18,193 nt of DNA from Promethearchaeota archaeon (GTDB lineage Archaea; Asgardarchaeota; Thorarchaeia; Thorarchaeales; Thorarchaeaceae). The notes below the pieces were generated by a model. The model was given only the letters and a program-made list of their open reading frames with translations. It did no database searches and was not told the origin of the DNA. The translations under genes were made by a program, and so were the position numbers. Below, one piece after another: positions 15,730-18,193 of this stretch. How positions within the stretch are numbered: the first letter of the stretch is position 1; every line of letters starts with the position of its first letter. The stretch lies in the NCBI GenBank assembly GCA_048939765.1, contig JBHLPF010000052.1, positions 1-18,193 of the forward strand. The letters are read 5' to 3'.

Positions 15730-17343
15730 TTGATTTTGGATAAACGCATCGCAATCTCAATTATCATCATTGCTATCATTTTGGGCTCATTTACTTTGAT
15801 CTATCTCTACCTTCCGCAGAATGTCACAGAAATGCCAGTCTTCAAGGGCGGAACCATCAACCAGGATGAAACATGGTCTGGATCGATATTCGTGAACGAA
15901 ACCATCCTCGTACCGACTGGAGTTACACTGACCATTGATCCAGGGACTAGAGTCATGTTTGCTCCTAATCGGGACTACAAGGATCAAGGAACCATAGGGC
16001 TTGCAGTTGCAGGAGGGACGATAAGGGCCATCGGAAGCCCAGAACAACAGATATGGTTCACTTCCGATGCTGACACTCCCATTAACGGGGACTGGAGTGG
16101 AATTGAACTCCACAATACCAATTCATCTGTGTTCAAATACGTGATAGTCGAGTTCTCTGAACTTGGAATCTCACAGTTCGACTCCAAGGTCAATATCAGT
16201 CACTCAATCGTGCGTTGGGTGAATAAGGAGGGCATCTATATGGAACGATCCTCACCCGTCATTGAATACAATCTACTGTATGGGAACGGGTATCACGAGA
16301 TTGCCCTTGAACAATATAATTGCGACGTGCAGATACGATACAACATCTTTGCTGAGGGTCACGTGCCACTCATCATCTTTGATTCCACAGTCATTGTTGA
16401 AGGCAACTATTTTCATGACTACGATCCCTCCGCCGCCGCTGCAGTATCTGTTGCAGGAACATCTGAAGCAAATGTGACAGGTAACAAGTTTGCCGGATTC
16501 GACAGCGATACTGCTGTTTTGAAACTGAATCCCTCAAGCATTCTTATAACAGCCAACAATGACTTTGGCAACGGATCTGTTGCTATTCCTGTTCTTGATT
16601 TTGAAGATCTAAAGAACTATGTGCTGGGATACATCCCCGGAGATCCAGAGGACCAATACTTGTACGTCTTTCCCGCTCAGGACGAGACCAGACGTGTCCT
16701 GAATAGGATTGGGGCGGGACTTGGCTTCGGGTGGGCATTTGAGTACGCGAATGGATACCTTTGGAAACTTGAGACCGGCAACCTGGTCAGAATCAATCCT
16801 ATAACAGGCACAAATGTCACATTCTCAGTTGACACATCAAAAATACTTGGACCACGGGGACTCTGTTATGATGGTGAGTACTTCTGGACTCAGGACCACT
16901 CTCTCCTGAAGATTGTGAAGTTCAAAGTAAATGCGACCACGGTCACAATCTATGACTCCTTCGACATTCCAGAAAACACAACCGGTGCACGTCAGAGTCT
17001 AGCAACTGATGGAACCTATCTATACATACCAGACAGGTCTGGAAACAAGATGTTCGAGTTATTCAAGAATGGGACCATTAATAGAGAGATTGCTATGCCA
17101 GGACTGGACCTCGTTGGCCCCATTACATGGAACGGAACCCATTTCTGGACCGGAGATGGACAGCATCTCTTTGCATTCACCAAGGATGGTGTTATTGAAG
17201 GCAGAGTCTACGATGTGGCTCGTGGGGTTTCTGGAATAACGTGGGATGGGACCTATTTGTGGGGTCTGTACAAGACGTGTGAGCTCTGGAATGACGCCAA
17301 GATGTTCCAAATTGAGATTCTGGACGATTCTAGCATGATCTGA
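15730..17343 (+). CDS. N-terminally anchored surface protein: right-handed beta-helix plus C-terminal beta-propeller
   Basis: TM KRIAISIIIIAIILGSFTLIYLYL, then VPTGVTLTIDPGT, IWFTS and GDWSGI (beta-helix cap). Propeller blades GLCYDGEYFW, SLATDGTYLY, PITWNGTHFW, GITWDGTYLW. Start TTG 15730 or 15736; the track start is 15706. Confidence 0.85.
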   Translation: MILDKRIAISIIIIAIILGSFTLIYLYLPQNVTEMPVFKGGTINQDETWSGSIFVNETILVPTGVTLTIDPGTRVMFAPNRDYKDQGTIGLAVAGGTIRAIGSPEQQIWFTSDADTPINGDWSGIELHNTNSSVFKYVIVEFSELGISQFDSKVNISHSIVRWVNKEGIYMERSSPVIEYNLLYGNGYHEIALEQYNCDVQIRYNIFAEGHVPLIIFDSTVIVEGNYFHDYDPSAAAAVSVAGTSEANVTGNKFAGFDSDTAVLKLNPSSILITANNDFGNGSVAIPVLDFEDLKNYVLGYIPGDPEDQYLYVFPAQDETRRVLNRIGAGLGFGWAFEYANGYLWKLETGNLVRINPITGTNVTFSVDTSKILGPRGLCYDGEYFWTQDHSLLKIVKFKVNATTVTIYDSFDIPENTTGARQSLATDGTYLYIPDRSGNKMFELFKNGTINREIAMPGLDLVGPITWNGTHFWTGDGQHLFAFTKDGVIEGRVYDVARGVSGITWDGTYLWGLYKTCELWNDAKMFQIEILDDSSMI

Positions 17344-17435
17344 TAAGATTCGATCATTTGAGTATGCCAAGAGCCTATCGCAATGAAAACTTCTCCATTT
17401 TAGATTTAAATAACTGACATTCTGTAGGTAGAACT

Positions 17436-18193
17436 GTGTCATTAGTAGCTGTCGTAAAGGGGGAACGCGGTGTAGAACCCGTATTTAGAGCATTGGAATT
17501 GATCCCGTTCAAGGAAGCTCTTGGTCCCAATGAAACCGTCTTAGTGAAGCCAAATCTAATCACAGGTGACACCTTCGAGACCGGGATAACAACGGATCCC
17601 ATCGTGGTGGAAGCAGTGATAATGAAGATCCAGGAACTTGACAAGAAAGCTGTATTGGTTGAAACTGAGGGTGGAACAACATCACCAGACGAAGCAATCA
17701 TTGAGACAGGTATGATGGAAGTGGTTGACCGATTGGGCTCCGAGTACATCAACATGGGGAAGCTCGATAAGAAGGTCGAGTTAGAGGTCGAGAGTCCTCG
17801 CGGAATAGAGAGATTCAAGGTGGCCCGAATCGCGCTGGAGTCAGCTATCATAACGGTACCAACAATGAAGACGCTGCATCATACAACAATCACCATGGGA
17901 TTGAAGAACATGTTCGGCATGCTCACCACACGTAACAAATACGCCATGCACAAATTCGGTACGAGTAACTTTGTCTACGATATCTGCAAGACCCTACCAC
18001 CGACTCTCAGTGTCATTGATGGCTTCTACGGCAAGTCTGGTGGTGATCCATGGAGTGGCACGCCGGTGAAGATGGACACAATCATAGCCAGTGTCGATCC
18101 AGTAGCTGCAGATGCGACAGCTGCAAGATGCATTGGCATCGATCCCCATACCATAGACCATGTTCGATGGCTCCATGAGGCTGGCATGGGAGA
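17436..18193 (+). CDS. DUF362 domain protein, truncated by the window end
   Basis: Translated by hand from GTG 17436: MSLVAVVKG...VLVKPNL...TTDPIVVEAVI...ITMGLKNMFG...SVIDG...IIASVDPVAADATAARCIGIDP. TTTAAATA TATA box at 17405-17412. Absent from the track because there is no stop codon in the window. Confidence 0.9.
   Translation, partial: MSLVAVVKGERGVEPVFRALELIPFKEALGPNETVLVKPNLITGDTFETGITTDPIVVEAVIMKIQELDKKAVLVETEGGTTSPDEAIIETGMMEVVDRLGSEYINMGKLDKKVELEVESPRGIERFKVARIALESAIITVPTMKTLHHTTITMGLKNMFGMLTTRNKYAMHKFGTSNFVYDICKTLPPTLSVIDGFYGKSGGDPWSGTPVKMDTIIASVDPVAADATAARCIGIDPHTIDHVRWLHEAGMG

Noticed and set aside
15165-15760. Minus-strand ORFs 15165-15584 and 15479-15760
   Set aside because: Antisense to well-supported genes, with no family motifs.
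17375-18176. Minus-strand ORFs 17375-17851 and 17994-18176
   Set aside because: Antisense shadows of the plus-strand DUF362 gene.

Overview
An archaeal accessory region with no rRNA, tRNA, CRISPR array, transposase, integrase or reverse transcriptase visible. TATA boxes about 25 nt before several start codons, GGAGG/GAGGTG SD motifs and the gene families suggest an Asgard archaeon, probably Thorarchaeia; this is inference. The window holds two convergent TPR proteins, small membrane proteins, a GT-C-fold glycosyltransferase, four regulator/target modules (ArsR-type wHTH, TetR, HTH plus Cys/His cluster, Bat/HTH_10), an alpha/beta hydrolase, a C_GCAxxG_C_C protein, surface proteins and a partial DUF362 gene. 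The best candidate for a novel system is 10040-13013. There an HTH/metal-cluster regulator overlaps the first of two paralogous membrane proteins. These share a conserved N-terminal CPLPPGPLKDLNRHLRPR peptide but have divergent beta-helix domains. A 13-aa mini-ORF between them repeats the regulator's C-terminus and its exact 16-nt overlap. Other candidates are a shared promoter motif around the ArsR gene, one copy lying inside its own 3' end, and a possible beta-grasp domain on a TPR protein.
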